A stretch of DNA of 64,000 nucleotides from Azolla caroliniana (lineage: Eukaryota; Plantae; Polypodiophyta). A program made the position numbers and the translations under genes. Within the stretch, counting starts at the first letter, position 1. Every line of letters begins with the position of its first letter. A model generated the notes under the pieces. That model did not search any database, had not been told where the DNA came from, and saw only the letters and a program-made list of their open reading frames with translations. Positions 1-12,094 of the stretch are shown in pieces. The stretch covers positions 14,570,001-14,634,000 of the forward strand of contig JBHGNT010000017.1 of NCBI GenBank assembly GCA_043228905.1, written 5' to 3'.

Positions 1-32
1 TTACGAAGTTAGATGATATGCATCGATGAATC

Positions 33-546
33 TAGGGATCGACAACGGTTCAGTTTAGGCTTACTGGTTTGGGGTTCTCAAACCCAAACCAAACCAAACC
101 CTAAACCAGATTAAGCTAAACCGGTGAACCGGCTTGGGAACTGGCTTGGAAACATCCGTCCCTCTGTCCCTCTCTCACGTTAGTGTAGTCTACCTCTCCC
201 TCTCCCTACCTCCCTACCTCCCTCCCTCTCTCTCTTAGATGATCCACTATATAGTAAACAAGTTCCCTTCCTCCCTCTCTCTCCCTACCTCCCTCTCCCT
301 CTCCTCGTCTGTGTAGTCTCTCTCTCTCTCTCTCTCAAGTTTCTAACTAATTTCTAGCTTTGAAGTTTTTCTTTAACCTAACTAGTAAACCACATAACCG
401 GTTTGAGCCGGTTTGGCAAGGCTCAAGCCAAGCTGAACCAAGCTCAAACCGTTTAGTCAAGCACAAGCTTGAGCCAAGCCGCTAAGTCGGTTTAAACTGG
501 TTTAGCTCAACAGTTCAGGCTTGAGCTGAGCTGTTGTTGATCCCTA
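33..546. mobile_element. Non-autonomous hAT-type DNA transposon (MITE)
   Basis: TIRs TAGGGATCGACAACGG (33) and CTGTTGTTGATCCCTA (ends 546). Perfect 8-bp TSD GATGAATC at 25-32 and 547-554. Subterminal AAACC/AAACCGG repeats. Confidence 0.9.
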
Positions 547-2689
547 GATGAATCATTCAATTCTCATATCACAATGAAAAAGAGAATCAAGGAAGATAAG
601 AAGGGGGGATTTGTTTTTTGAAGACAAAAAATCATCCAAAAAAGGAGAGGGTGAAATTGAGAGGGGGCAAAGGAGGGACATAACATGTCTTGTCAAGGTT
701 TAGTGCACTTGCCCTTGTGTGTGGGGTGTGTTTGTAGGCATCATTTGTGTAGGTGGCATCAACTTTTTTAATGGTTACTTGTGTGATGATTTTGAGGTTG
801 TTGCATTGTTCATGATCTTCTTGCGAGCATGCAATGTTAAAAAGGCACTTAACTTTGCAAGGTTAAAATACTAAGATTGAGGCTTTTATAATCTTTTGGG
901 GTAAATGGTGGCCACATGGTGATTCCTTTCATAAAGTTAGTATATTCTAGCTCTATGTTATTCTTCAAACACTTGGGCATATCTATATGGAATAGGTGTG
1001 GGACATGAGGTAGATTTGATCACAAATGGTCCCAAGCTCAAAAAACAAAAAGAGAACTTCACTATAGTCAGCGGATGCCATGGGCATGTGAAATGTATAA
1101 GTCATAATATATGGTGTGTATGGGATGATGATCGAACCACAAAACATATAAGCAAAAACCTCAACAAAATGTAACGAGAATGGAATTGATTGTATGAGCT
1201 CAATTGTAATGGGCTAGCTAGCCCTCCAAAAATTAAGTAATGTCTACACTTGAATTTTAGATGATATGCATGGCACTCAATTCTCCTTTCACACCTAAGA
1301 AACAAGATCCCAACAAATTTAAATACACTCCTTTAGCTCTTGGATTGAACTGCTGAATCTTGATGAAACTTATACCAACTAGGTGTATGTACACATACAC
1401 TTGGTATATGATACAAATTGTATAACTAAATTTGAAACATTTACAATATTACTATCTCATGTGATGTAGGTGAAGGCCGAATAGTGGAGGGGTTTGGGTG
1501 AATCTATTGTGTCGAGCCTAATCTCTTCGACATATTGGACGCATACTTAAACGCGAACGCGGTGTGCATGCATGCATGGCAAGACCCGAGAACGCGAAAT
1601 CAAAGACTCGTTCAGAACGTGGTGAAACAACAAAATTCGAGCGCACATGCTTGGGGGGAAACATAATTGGAATAATAGAGGATACGGATGGCAAATGGGT
1701 GGGGTGCTAGAGGAGATCAATGGCCCAAAGGATAGATCGATAGGTTGGAGCACTATGAAGAACCTTGCTTGACCTACAAGCGTTTTGGGCACCTCTGGCC
1801 ATGGCTAAAAGCAAGTAGAAGTCTACTACTACTACTTCTATTAGCAGAGCTACTACTAGATGGCACAACTCGGGAAAAGACCTTGGCTTGACCTGCAAGT
1901 GTTTTTGAGGGTACCTCTAGGCTAAAAGTAGTAGTATTTCTAGTAGAGCCGCTACCAATGGGACAACACTGCCAAATTGGACTATATATGGCTACATATA
2001 CTTGATCAAATGTGTGCACTATATATGGCCACAAATACGTTATCAAATGGATCGTATACGACAAAACTATGCGAGTATACGTATCAAATGCAACATATAC
2101 GGTTATAAACGATCATATATACGGCTATATACGGACATAACTCTACGACAGATCTGCCCGACTCTGTCTCTGTCACTGTCTCCCTGAATCTCTGTTTCTG
2201 TTACCCCAATTCATTCCTTCGATTCCTTGGACGATGGATCTGCAATTGTATGCCAATCATCTCATCTCATGTTACCCCAGTAGTATGTATGGATTCCTTG
2301 GGGGCGATTGATCTGCAATTATGTTGCCAATCATCTCATGCAATTATATGTATGGCACGACTAATTACATTCTAATTCATTATTGAGATTCATCTATGCT
2401 CATATGCAATTGTGAGCTTGGTAATCACTAGGTAAAAATGTTTGAGAACCATACATAAAGGGGATCAAAATCATGGACAATAATTCAGCCAATAAGCATT
2501 AGATGGCTGTTGTGGAGCACGATCTTGTCCTGACACAACATAGACTCGATTCCATCGGTTTGTTCACAATTCATTAATTCTAAAATTTTATTCACTTGAG
2601 TTAGGTGTGTGTTAATTTGGAGTGATTTTTAGTGTATTTCTTGTATTCATATGGAGGAGATTCAACATCAAGTTTTTGAGAATATCCAA

Positions 2690-2974
2690 GACGACAAGAG
2701 AGTCATGCTTGATGCCACCACATTCATGTCTTCTTAGTGCATGCAGTAGAGGCAGTCTTGTTGATGAAGGGCACAATTACTTCAGACTTGTTGATCAAGG
2801 GCACAAATACTTTAGAATGATGGCTGAAGTCTATGTAATTTTTCCTACGACTAATCATTCGAATTGCATTGTGGATCTTCTTGTGCAAACTGGAGATATA
2901 TATGAGGCTATGAAGTTTATTGGGTTAATAAAATAAAGTTCTAGTCCATCTAGGGATATGTTAAATGTTCTATT
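2690..2974 (+). pseudogene. PLS-class pentatricopeptide repeat (PPR) gene fragment
   Basis: Translates to LLSACSRGSLVDEG..YFRMMAEVYVIFPTTNHSNCIVDLLVQTGDIYEAMKFI, the L2/S2-type motif of plant PLS PPRs. Has a frameshift, a 30-bp internal duplication and a stop. Cut by an LTR-like sequence at 2975. Confidence 0.75.
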
Positions 2975-3561
2975 TGTTAGGAATATGTGTCTCATGTGGG
3001 AGGAGCCGACTGTTTGGCTGAGCAAGAGCGGACAATTGAAGACAATGAGTAGCAGACTGGTTAGGTTGAGAGCCGACAGTCGAAGACAAGGAGAGTCGGC
3101 ATGGAGAGAGACTAGGGGAGTCGACAGTAGATGATCCAAGTCGAAGACAAGACCAACTAGTCCGACTGACCAGATGGTCGACGACAAGGTCGACTTGTTG
3201 GGCCGACTAGACAATCGACATAGGTGTCCGCTAGTCGAAATGACTAGTCGATCAGTTGGTTGATTAGTGATTGTTACTGTTATTATTAGATAATAATAAT
3301 AACAGACATATTTGTAAATAACCCATATTATGTATGAGTATAAATACGCCTAGGGCAAACTTTATGTTGTGTAGAACAAGAAGAATAGAATAGAACGAAG
3401 CGCTGCAGTGAGTGTGCGAGAGGGAAAAGAGAGAGTGAGAGAGCATTGATAGAGTTCAGTGAACTTGCCAAGAACCCTAAGTGGTTATCCTCTGAGTTTT
3501 AGAGGGCGTTGTTACTGCTTTCTCTGTATTCTCTGTTGTATAGTGGAATATATGTTCCCGT
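2975..3561 (+). mobile_element. Truncated LTR-like fragment
   Basis: Starts TGTTAG. GTCGAC-rich U3-like part, TATAAAT near 3339, then purine-rich R-like sequence. No 3' end or TSD found. Confidence 0.4.
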
Positions 3562-4604
3562 TGTCATGAAGTTGAGGCTTCATGATGTCAAAACAATGTC
3601 AAAAATATATAGAAAGATATTTCCCATCTGGAACTTATGACAAGGAGCAAGTAGGAATTTTCGATTCGTGAATCGGAGTTCAAAAGCCCAAGATACAACC
3701 TTCGGAAAGATTAATGTGACCTTCAAGATCACTCAAGACACAAATGTAATTATATAAAAAAGGGGAGTTCGAAATTAAATGAGGGTGATTTTGTAATTTA
3801 TCAATTGTAAAAGTATAAAATAGAATTTGTAAATAAATAAATAAAGAAAGAAAAAGAAGAAGAAGTAATATATATATATATATATATATATAATCGCCCT
3901 TGCATGAGGCAGTTTGTCAACCACCTCAAGAGGGTGGCTAGGCGGTTGACCCCCCTATAAAAGCCACCCCCATGGTGACTAAAGGGAAGAAGGGGAAGAG
4001 GAGAAGGAAGAAAAGAAAGCGATGAAGAAACTCGCAAGGAAAGGATGGCGAGGTCGCTCAATAAGGTGGTTGAATACAAGACAAATAGTAAAGAAAAGAA
4101 ACAAAAAGCAAGAAAACGAAGGAGTTGAAATGGTCTGTCTCAAGCATCTCTTCTCAAATATAGGTTGTGAGTTTGAGTCCTCCCAAAACGACTTCTTTTG
4201 GTAAACAAGTTTTGTAACATAAAAATAGTAATAGTACGTCAATTTCGCGTTTGTTAACCCAAACGTTCATTTCCATACGTTTTTTCAAACGAATGCGTAT
4301 GTTATTAAAAACATTCTTGTGCTTTTTTTTTACACTTTTTACCTTAACTTTGTTACCCTTAAAAACAATTACCTTATAATAAATCGTGAGTGCAAAAAAG
4401 TACGGTATTTACCATACTTCGAGGGTGTTTTTCATACTCGGATGATAAGAATGTCGCGAATGTGAATGGTACGTTTGCTTCATACTATGCTTGGAGCCAT
4501 TTCACATATGAGTATGATACAAATATTCACATATATAGTATGGCTCGAGCTATGCTAGATAGATATAGAAAAGTTACAAAAGTGGCTTTTACAGTTTTCT
4601 GACA
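3562..4604 (+). mobile_element. Possible solo LTR (TGTCA...TGACA)
   Basis: Inverted termini TGTCA/TGACA and internal TATAAAA near 3956. Flanking 5-mers do not match. Confidence 0.3.
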
Positions 4605-4891
4605 ATGCCCTCAAAACATTTTGTATTAATGGATCTCATTTTCTTGCAAGATATTTTATATTAAATCAACTTTGAACATTCAAAGACGTGGGCAAGGGTT
4701 CAAAACTCTCACGATTCACTACACGTTTTTGCATTGCTTGACTTGCTACATACCAACTTTTCATTTTTCTCGTTTTTGAGTATATATATATATATACACA
4801 CACACACATCATATAGCCCATCCACACCCATTACACTACATTCACTACTACACTTTTTGGCACTATCTTAACTTGCTACATACATACATAC

Positions 4892-6601
4892 ATGGCTTCA
4901 AGCTCCACCAATTTTAGCTATGGTTTCCCTACACCCGGCCCCCAAAATCCTACCGGCACACATGTCATGGATCAGACCTTCTTCCTCTCCGAAGACCAGT
5001 GGAGAAAAGCTCGGGAGCAGGAGCAATTCGATTACATCGTAGTCGGCAGCGGCTTCTGTGCTCTCGCGTTCGCATCTCGGATCTTGGAGAAGGACCCGAG
5101 AGCTCGGCTACTACTGCTAGAGAGGGGCCCATTCTTCTTGCCAGAGCATTGTCAGGCTCTCCCGCTCCCATTCGAACACGCGATCGGTGGCTTCTCGGAG
5201 ACCTTCCCGTGGACGCTATCCGCCACAACTGCCGAGAGCAAGCCGCCTCACTATGTGACATGGCAGCACGGAATGGTCCCGTTCTTCGGTGGCCGATCCA
5301 CTACATGGAGCGGTTGGTGTCCGGAGCCGACCGATGAGGAGTTTGAGGATTGGCCACGAGAAGTCGTGGCCGCAGCTCGGGAATACATGCCCCTGGCAAG
5401 GGACCTCCTCAATGTGGTCTCATCCGACAAGATCGGGAACTGCCGGAACGATGCCGTGTTCGGGAACCTACAGCGCGAGCTCTTCGATTTCCTAGCTGGA
5501 CGCATCCCCGCGTTCAAGGCGGTCACGAGGGCGATCTATGCGCCCCTTGCTGTCCGGGACCCGCACGAGCAAGGCCTCGACTTCATCAAATTCTCCACTG
5601 TCGGCCCTCTGCTCACGCTGGTCGGGAAGTACCCAGGACAGCTCAAGATCGCCACTAACTGCACCGTGTACCGCATCCTCCACCAGAACTCCACGGCCAC
5701 CGCGCTCGAGACCAGCCGTGGCCATGTCCGCATCCACAGCTCCTCTAAGCTCATCCTCGCAATGGGCAGCATTCCGCCCGCGACCCTCGTCTTGAACTCA
5801 TTCCCGTCCCTACCCAATGTCGGCAATCGCTTCACCGCGCATTTCATCACTGCGATCGTGGCCAGGATCCCCCGCGCCTCTTGCACCTTCGCCGACTCCC
5901 TAGATAAGGAGAAGCTTGAATTAGGGGCGATCTACATTGCCGGGGTGGATCCTAAGAACAAATCCGCACAGTTCCATATCCAGCTAACCGCGATTCATGA
6001 CCCCGATCCCGACCGCAATGCTGAGGTGGCATTCCGCTATATGCCGGATGTGGTGGCTACGGCAAGTACCCAGCAACTAAATACGTCCCGGGAAAAGTAT
6101 GTGGTGCTTGTATGCGCCGTGTTGGGCGAGCTTGAGCATAAGAACGCTGATTCGTGGCTCAAACGGGGCGGCAATAATAACGGGGTGGTCGTAGAAGACC
6201 CGACGACAAACGTCGTCTTGCAAGTGAGAGAGACGGAGAATGATTTGCAACTCTGGGATGCTATGGATGAGACCACATTCCAAGTGTTGGAGCAGGGGCT
6301 AGCATCGGCTTTGAACGCAGAAGGCGGGTTGGAGTATTGGCACGGAGAGACGAACGACTGGAGAGCAACAAGACCAAGTAGAGATAGTATCCGCGTGCCG
6401 GGATTGGTGCACGAGGGGTCCACCATGCACATTGGAGGGGACATTGACCCAGAGGCTGTAGTTGACCTTGACTATCGCCTAAAAGGTGTCTCCAATGTGT
6501 GGGTGACAGGTGGTGCTTTGTGGCCGAAGAGTGGGTCATGGAACCCTACCCTAACGATGGTTGCCTTGACCCAACATCTAGCGGATAACTTCCTTGCTTG
6601 A
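4892..6601 (+). CDS. Intronless GMC-family FAD oxidoreductase (pyranose oxidase / C-glycoside oxidase / BetA-like), 569 aa
   Basis: Rossmann motif DYIVVGSGFCA..LLLERG, FFGGRSTTW flavin-loop, LILAMGSI, catalytic His (VHEGSTMHIG) and Asn (WNPTLTMVAL). Uninterrupted GC/CpG-rich ORF in AT-rich flanks, with a (TA)n TATA-like tract ~100 bp upstream. Confidence 0.92.
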   Translation: MASSSTNFSYGFPTPGPQNPTGTHVMDQTFFLSEDQWRKAREQEQFDYIVVGSGFCALAFASRILEKDPRARLLLLERGPFFLPEHCQALPLPFEHAIGGFSETFPWTLSATTAESKPPHYVTWQHGMVPFFGGRSTTWSGWCPEPTDEEFEDWPREVVAAAREYMPLARDLLNVVSSDKIGNCRNDAVFGNLQRELFDFLAGRIPAFKAVTRAIYAPLAVRDPHEQGLDFIKFSTVGPLLTLVGKYPGQLKIATNCTVYRILHQNSTATALETSRGHVRIHSSSKLILAMGSIPPATLVLNSFPSLPNVGNRFTAHFITAIVARIPRASCTFADSLDKEKLELGAIYIAGVDPKNKSAQFHIQLTAIHDPDPDRNAEVAFRYMPDVVATASTQQLNTSREKYVVLVCAVLGELEHKNADSWLKRGGNNNGVVVEDPTTNVVLQVRETENDLQLWDAMDETTFQVLEQGLASALNAEGGLEYWHGETNDWRATRPSRDSIRVPGLVHEGSTMHIGGDIDPEAVVDLDYRLKGVSNVWVTGGALWPKSGSWNPTLTMVALTQHLADNFLA

Positions 6602-6660
6602 CCATTTCCTCTAGCAACTCGTGGACATGGAACCCATTACCTTCTTGTCTCCATTGGACA

Positions 6661-6664
<4 letters not shown>

Positions 6665-6700
<36 letters not shown>
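6665..6700. repeat. (CT)n microsatellite in putative 3' UTR of the GMC gene
   Basis: Direct reading. Confidence 0.9.
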
Positions 6701-6703
<3 letters not shown>

Positions 6704-6905
6704 GATTGATAAGCTTTCTTATTGTCACATGTAGGCCATGTGCATTGTAGTCCATTTGACCATCTCTTTCTTTCGTAAAATGTGAACATATTCACACTCA
6801 AACATAAGATGCCACTATGAAAAATGTGAGAACCAATTATAAATCATCAATACTTAAAAGTTTTAAATTAATTGTAAATCATCAACGCTTTTTACTAGTT
6901 GTAGT

Positions 6906-7609
6906 CATAGATTGACACATGCGTGATATTCTCAATATTCGAGAATACAAAATGGCCCTAAGAATATTTAAAAACCATTCGTTTTGTAAAATAAATATAC
7001 AAATAATCAATTAATTAATTAATTTTAAAATAAATAAATTTAATTCACTAAGAAAAAGAACAATTATTCATTAATAAATTATAAAAATATGATTAGTATA
7101 AACTCTCCTTTCTAGTGTCAAATAAAAAAAGAGGAGAGTTTATGAACCTTTATTTTATTTAAATAATTGATTTTTTTATTTTAAAAAAACCAATATTTTT
7201 ATATTTACTATGAAAACATGATTAATGTGAAGTCTCAATTTTAATGTCAGGTAAAAATATCCATAAATTTTGGGAAAAGAAAAGGTGAAGAATTAATTAA
7301 CCTTTATTTTATTTTATTTATTTATTAAAAATAAAACAATATTTTATTTTATTTTATTTATTTATTTATTTAATAAAGAATCAAGATCTCCAATGAAAAT
7401 TTATTACTGTCAAGTCTCTCTCAACTCTCTATTTTATTATCCCTTTTTTTATTGTCAAGTCTTCCTTTTTTTCCTAAGAAACTAAAAGGAGGGAGTTCAT
7501 CTCCTTTTTTTTCCTTTTTTTTTTTAACGAATACTTGACCACACGAATATATGCGTATTCGTTTGCATTCGAATGGGAAATCCCACGAATGCGAATATGT
7601 CAATCTATG
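6906..7609. mobile_element. Non-autonomous hAT-type MITE, CATAGA-terminus family
   Basis: Perfect 12-bp TIR CATAGATTGACA / TGTCAATCTATG. Perfect 8-bp TSD GTTGTAGT (6898-6905, 7610-7617). AT-rich interior. Confidence 0.9.
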
Positions 7610-8039
7610 GTTGTAGTTGAATACTAGGTTGTTTGGTGGAGTCAATATGTGTTCCGACCCTACATTCCATAATGGCATCCAGTAAATTAAGAATTAAATA
7701 TGTATGTCATAATCGAGAGAGATTCAGCAAGTATAACTTGTTGTTGTTTGAGGCATACAGAAGGGGTCTTTACTCAAAATGTTTAAAATGGTACAAATGA
7801 TGGGATGGAGATCACCTTACAATTTTTAAGTTATTGGGTGTTACAACATTAGTTGAATATACATAATGTTTTCATGTTTGAGACATGGAGTTAAAACATA
7901 TATTAGGAAGTTGAAAGGTATTCTAATGCGGCGCGTTTGGGTATTTATATTTTTTGATGGTTTTAGAGAATGTCCCTCCTTAAGAGAGAGGTTTAAATCA
8001 TGTTTTTTACATGCAATTAATACAATTAATTGTATGCTT

Positions 8040-9447
8040 GGATTGGATAAGTTGAATGCAGAAGAGACAGTTTGTTCAGGTTGGTTTGTAGGTGAGGGTG
8101 ATGCACAACTTATCCGTGGTAGGTGCTCAACTAACGGGGATCATTTCTGGGGTAACCTAAGTTCTTTGACAAATGATGGTAGGTGGATGGTAGTGTTGAC
8201 GGGTAAGTGGTGGCAATTGAACCCATACCCTAAGACACTGGATCATGATTGTAAAATATGGCTTTATGATAACAAGCCCTTATATGATTTGGAGTGGGAT
8301 CCATTGGAGGTTTGGCGGCTGACTCCAAGAACAAAAATCTTGAAAAAGTTTTTTGAATACAATACCAAGCTAGGAAGACGAATCATTGGCTCCAAAACCG
8401 TGGGTGCTGGAATGATTCGCAACAGCTGGAAGGATAAAGGCATTTCAGACGACGATTTGAAGTCGTTTTGGAGGAGACTAAGGGCATTGGATATGCCAGA
8501 AAATTTTAAGGCTTGGTTGTGGCTTCTTAGCCATAAGGTAGTACCTGTAGGTGAGTGGTCGAGCTCTCGTGGTGGTGAGGCTAGCTGTAGGTTATGTGGA
8601 CAGGCTTTGGAATCAATCTCTCACTGTTTTTGGAATTGTACAGAGGCAATTAGCATTTGGAGTAGACGCCTTCGAATCATGGCAGCATGTGGTGTGAAAG
8701 GGAACGTTGTGTGGGGCTCAATACAAGAATTGTCCCTAAAAGGGGAAAGCTGGGGTGAACAGTTAAACCCTCGAGGACATGGATTTATAATGCAAGGTGG
8801 TAGAGTGTTCCAATGTAATGGGGTGAGACCAGGCACAAATTCTGAATTTTTTGAGGAGATTTGGCTTTATGGTGGCGTGTTTGACGGCCTAGCACATCTG
8901 GATCAGGCGTTGTAAGTTTGTTTTTCAGCAGCAAAAGCTCTCGTGCATGGAGATGATGTTAAATATATGGTTTGATCTTTGTGGCTTGGTTGCACGGTCG
9001 GTATGATTCAATTCAAGGGGATTCAGAAGAAGTAGAAAGGGCAAGGTCCAAGTTCTTGCTAAAATGGAGTAGCTCTCCCATGCTAGTTAAATCTTCATTG
9101 AGGCCTAAGTGGAATTACCAGGCACCTAGGTGGTTGTTTCCACCGATGGCTCCCAATATTGTACATGGGTTGTAATTATGTATGTATAACTAACACAAAC
9201 GTGCGTTAGTATAGTCATGTTACCCGGATAATGTTGTTAGAAAAGAGTTAGTTGGGTAGAGTCGGGGTAAATTAGGGTTTATTTCAATTTTGCTTAAGGA
9301 TCGGTTGAGTTTTTTTGTTGTTTTTGTTTGATTTTGGAGTTGTTTCTCCAAGTTGTATATGTTGATCCCATTGTGGATTTGGACAAACTTTGTTGTATTC
9401 TATTTGCTAACTAATGCGAAGCAATGGTTTTTGGAAAAAAGAAGAAG
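8040..9447 (+). mobile_element. 5'-truncated LINE (L1-like) with zf-RVT CCHC domain
   Basis: FWRRLRAL..KAWLWLL..CRLCGQALESISHCFWNC is the zf-RVT motif of L1 ORF2. A-rich 3' end. 13-bp TSD TAATTGTATGCTT at 8027-8039 and 9448-9460. Confidence 0.88.
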
Positions 9448-9830
9448 TAATTGTATGCTTTACGAAGAGGGAGAGACATTATGTGTTATAAACCAAATGA
9501 CGTAAAGTATATTAAGTAATATGAGAGACAATTACAAGGATGGTAACACTACGTATGAAAAGTAAATAAACTCTTATTAATATTTCATATAGCTCTTTTG
9601 GCTACCAAAACAAAAGCTGCTGGGAGTGGTTGGATATGATAAATCTGTTACATTGAACACAAAAAATATTCGGGTGGTTGTATTATTGTGATGAATGTAT
9701 GACAAAAGATATGGTCTTTAATGTTGTTGACAATCAAACTCAACAGTGTCCAACATGTGAACACATTGTGGTGGGTGGGGCCAATTGCATTTAAAGTCCA
9801 ACTTTCTCAAAAGGAATTAAGTACTATCAT

Positions 9831-10104
9831 TAGGAGTTTGCAATGGCTCGGCCTAAGCTTGAACTAATCCGTTGAAAAGTTTTTAAATGGTTTGGTGGTT
9901 CGGCTCAAATCATGCTTGAACCTCCTTATCCGGTTTGAACTCAGTTTGGCAACGCTCATGCCAAACCAAACCAGGTGAGCCTTAATTGGTTTGGGGATTA
10001 GTTTGGTTCAAGTTTGAAAACTCTTAAAACGGTAAAGGCTTAACCGGTTTGGTTTGGACGAGGCCTAATTGATTAAGCTGAATTTGAACCATTGTCGATT
10101 CCTA
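9831..10104. mobile_element. Degenerate hAT MITE, same family as 33-546
   Basis: Reverse complement of the right end is TAGGAATCGACAATGGTTC, close to TAGGGATCGACAACGGTTC. AAACC repeats. TSD ACTATCAT/ATTATTAT (6/8). Confidence 0.7.
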
Positions 10105-10289
10105 ATTATTATTATATAACAATAAGTTAATTAATGAGAAAAAGGATATTGTATAACGTGCTCCCTTGTAACATGATGCATAATAAGAATTTCACTCTTT
10201 ATAAAGCACCCCTGTCACCTTCTATAATGTTGTTCATGGTGTAATCTCCTATGTTGCTAATATACATATTTCGTCTTTAGTACACGACC

Positions 10290-10690
10290 CTCTCTCTCTC
10301 TCTCTTTAAACTGGTCATATATGACCTCCGAAGACGATAATATAATCTATCTATCTCTTTAAATTGGCCTCATCATGGACAATAAAATATCGATTATATT
10401 GTCTCTCTCTCTCTCTCTTTAAATTGGCCTCATCATGGACAATAAAATATCGATTATATTCTCTCTCTCTCTCTCTCTTTAAATTGGCCATATTTGACAT
10501 TTGAAGACCCTAATAATCTATCTAATCTATCTATCTCTTTTTAAATTGGCCTCATCATGGACAATAAAATATCGATTATATTGTTTCTCTCTCTTTCTCA
10601 ATGTTGGCCTCGTCATGGAAGATAAAATATCTATTATATTGACTCTCTCTCTCACACACAAAAGTGGCCTCATCATTGTCGATAAAATAT
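10290..10690. repeat. ~60-bp tandem repeat with (CT)n spacers
   Basis: About seven units of TTTAAATTGGCCTCATCATGGACAATAAAATATCGATTATATT(CT)n. Confidence 0.8.
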
Positions 10691-10691
10691 T

Positions 10692-10840
10692 GGGAAAAGT
10701 ACCAGGATACCCTTGGAAGTTTATCTATTTACTAGAATGCCCCTGGAAGTTCCAAACTACCCCTATGTCCAAAAGAATACACTTTATAAAGTAATTATAC
10801 ATCAAATCTACAAGCCCTATTTACCAAAATACCCTTCAGA
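10692..10840 (+). mobile_element. Mutator-like (MULE) terminal sequence; second direct copy at ~11579-11650
   Basis: GGGAAAAGTACCAGGATACCC..TTACCAAAATACCC motifs resemble plant MULE TIRs and occur twice in direct orientation. Confidence 0.45.
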
Positions 10841-12094
10841 CACAAATTTCTTTACTTAAGTGATTCATAAGGTGTCATGGGAAAGGAGGCAATGTTCGCA
10901 GTTGTAGGACCCCAATTTAGTGACGATTGTACATTATTAGATATTTTGTTGAGTCGATAGATATATTTGATTTTGTGGATATTTTTGGAATTATATGTTT
11001 TGTAGATGGATCAAAATTAACATGCGAGCTAATTGCATCATCTCTCACAGCTTGTCAAAGCTCCTTCAATGAGTCAAACTACCTTCTCTCCACCAAAGCC
11101 ATTCTATGAGAGACATCAACCATTGAAATGAGACAGAGAGAAGAAGAAAAGAAAAGAAAAATCTTTGAAGGATATAGGAAAATGAGAATTTAGAAGGGAA
11201 AGGGGATTGCATAATAAAAGAAGAAAGAGCAAACCTAAACATAGAGAAATGACCACATATAAAGAGAGAGAGAGAGAGCGTGTGTGTGTGTTGTGGATCC
11301 TGATGATGAAGACGATTGATCAACCCAATGAACAAGGAAGAAAAGAAAGACTACATTGTTAGGTACAAAGGAAATAAGTAAAGAAATTTGTGTTTAAATG
11401 GTATCAACATCATGATGCAAGAAAAACGAGCTTAAAGGAGTGTGTTGAGATGACAAGGCAACATCAACGGTGGAACACATGTGTGCATTCTAAAGAGATT
11501 GAAGAAATAGAGTGCTTGCACAACATAATAGATTACATGCGTGTGTTGTGCGTGTGAGTGTGTGTAATATATATTTTAGGGAAAAGTACCAGGATACCCC
11601 TAAAAGTTTGTCTATTTACCAAAATGCCCTTGGAAGTTCTAAATTTACAACATTAAAACAATGTAAAAAGAAATGTGTTGAAGTGGTTGGCTTGATAAGC
11701 CTTAGTTCCTAGAGAGGATATGTTCATTAGCACAGCCACTCTAGAGTTGTCTCTCTATGTATTCACTCTAACTTGTTTCTCTATATAGCTACTTTGATTG
11801 TGTTTATGTAGCCACTATGGGCTGTACTTTCTAATTTGTTGGGGATATGTATTTTTTTTGTGCTAATAATGAATTAGTCTAGCATTATGTTGCATAAATA
11901 TTCATAATTCATAGGTCTTGGTATGACATATCTTTATAAATTCTTGTCTCTTGTTGGGAGCATAACTATTGTTGTTCACTTGTAGTTTAAATTGTTGTGT
12001 AGGATCTATGTATTGATGGAGTTAGCTCCTCGATGTCATTTGCGGAGTTCGGACCGGCATATACCCTTTTGATGGCGAATCAGGTAGAGATGGT

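Noticed and set aside
4965-6539. Overlapping and antisense ORFs within the GMC gene
   Set aside because: Expected shadow ORFs of a GC-rich coding sequence; no motifs.
7866-8915. 349-aa host gene
   Set aside because: The ORF start lies outside the 13-bp TSD; it is read-through into a truncated LINE ORF2.
12003-12083. AG...GT-bounded candidate exon (DLCIDGVSSSMSFAEFGPAYTLLMANQ)
   Set aside because: No recognisable homology or partner exons; probably a TE relic.
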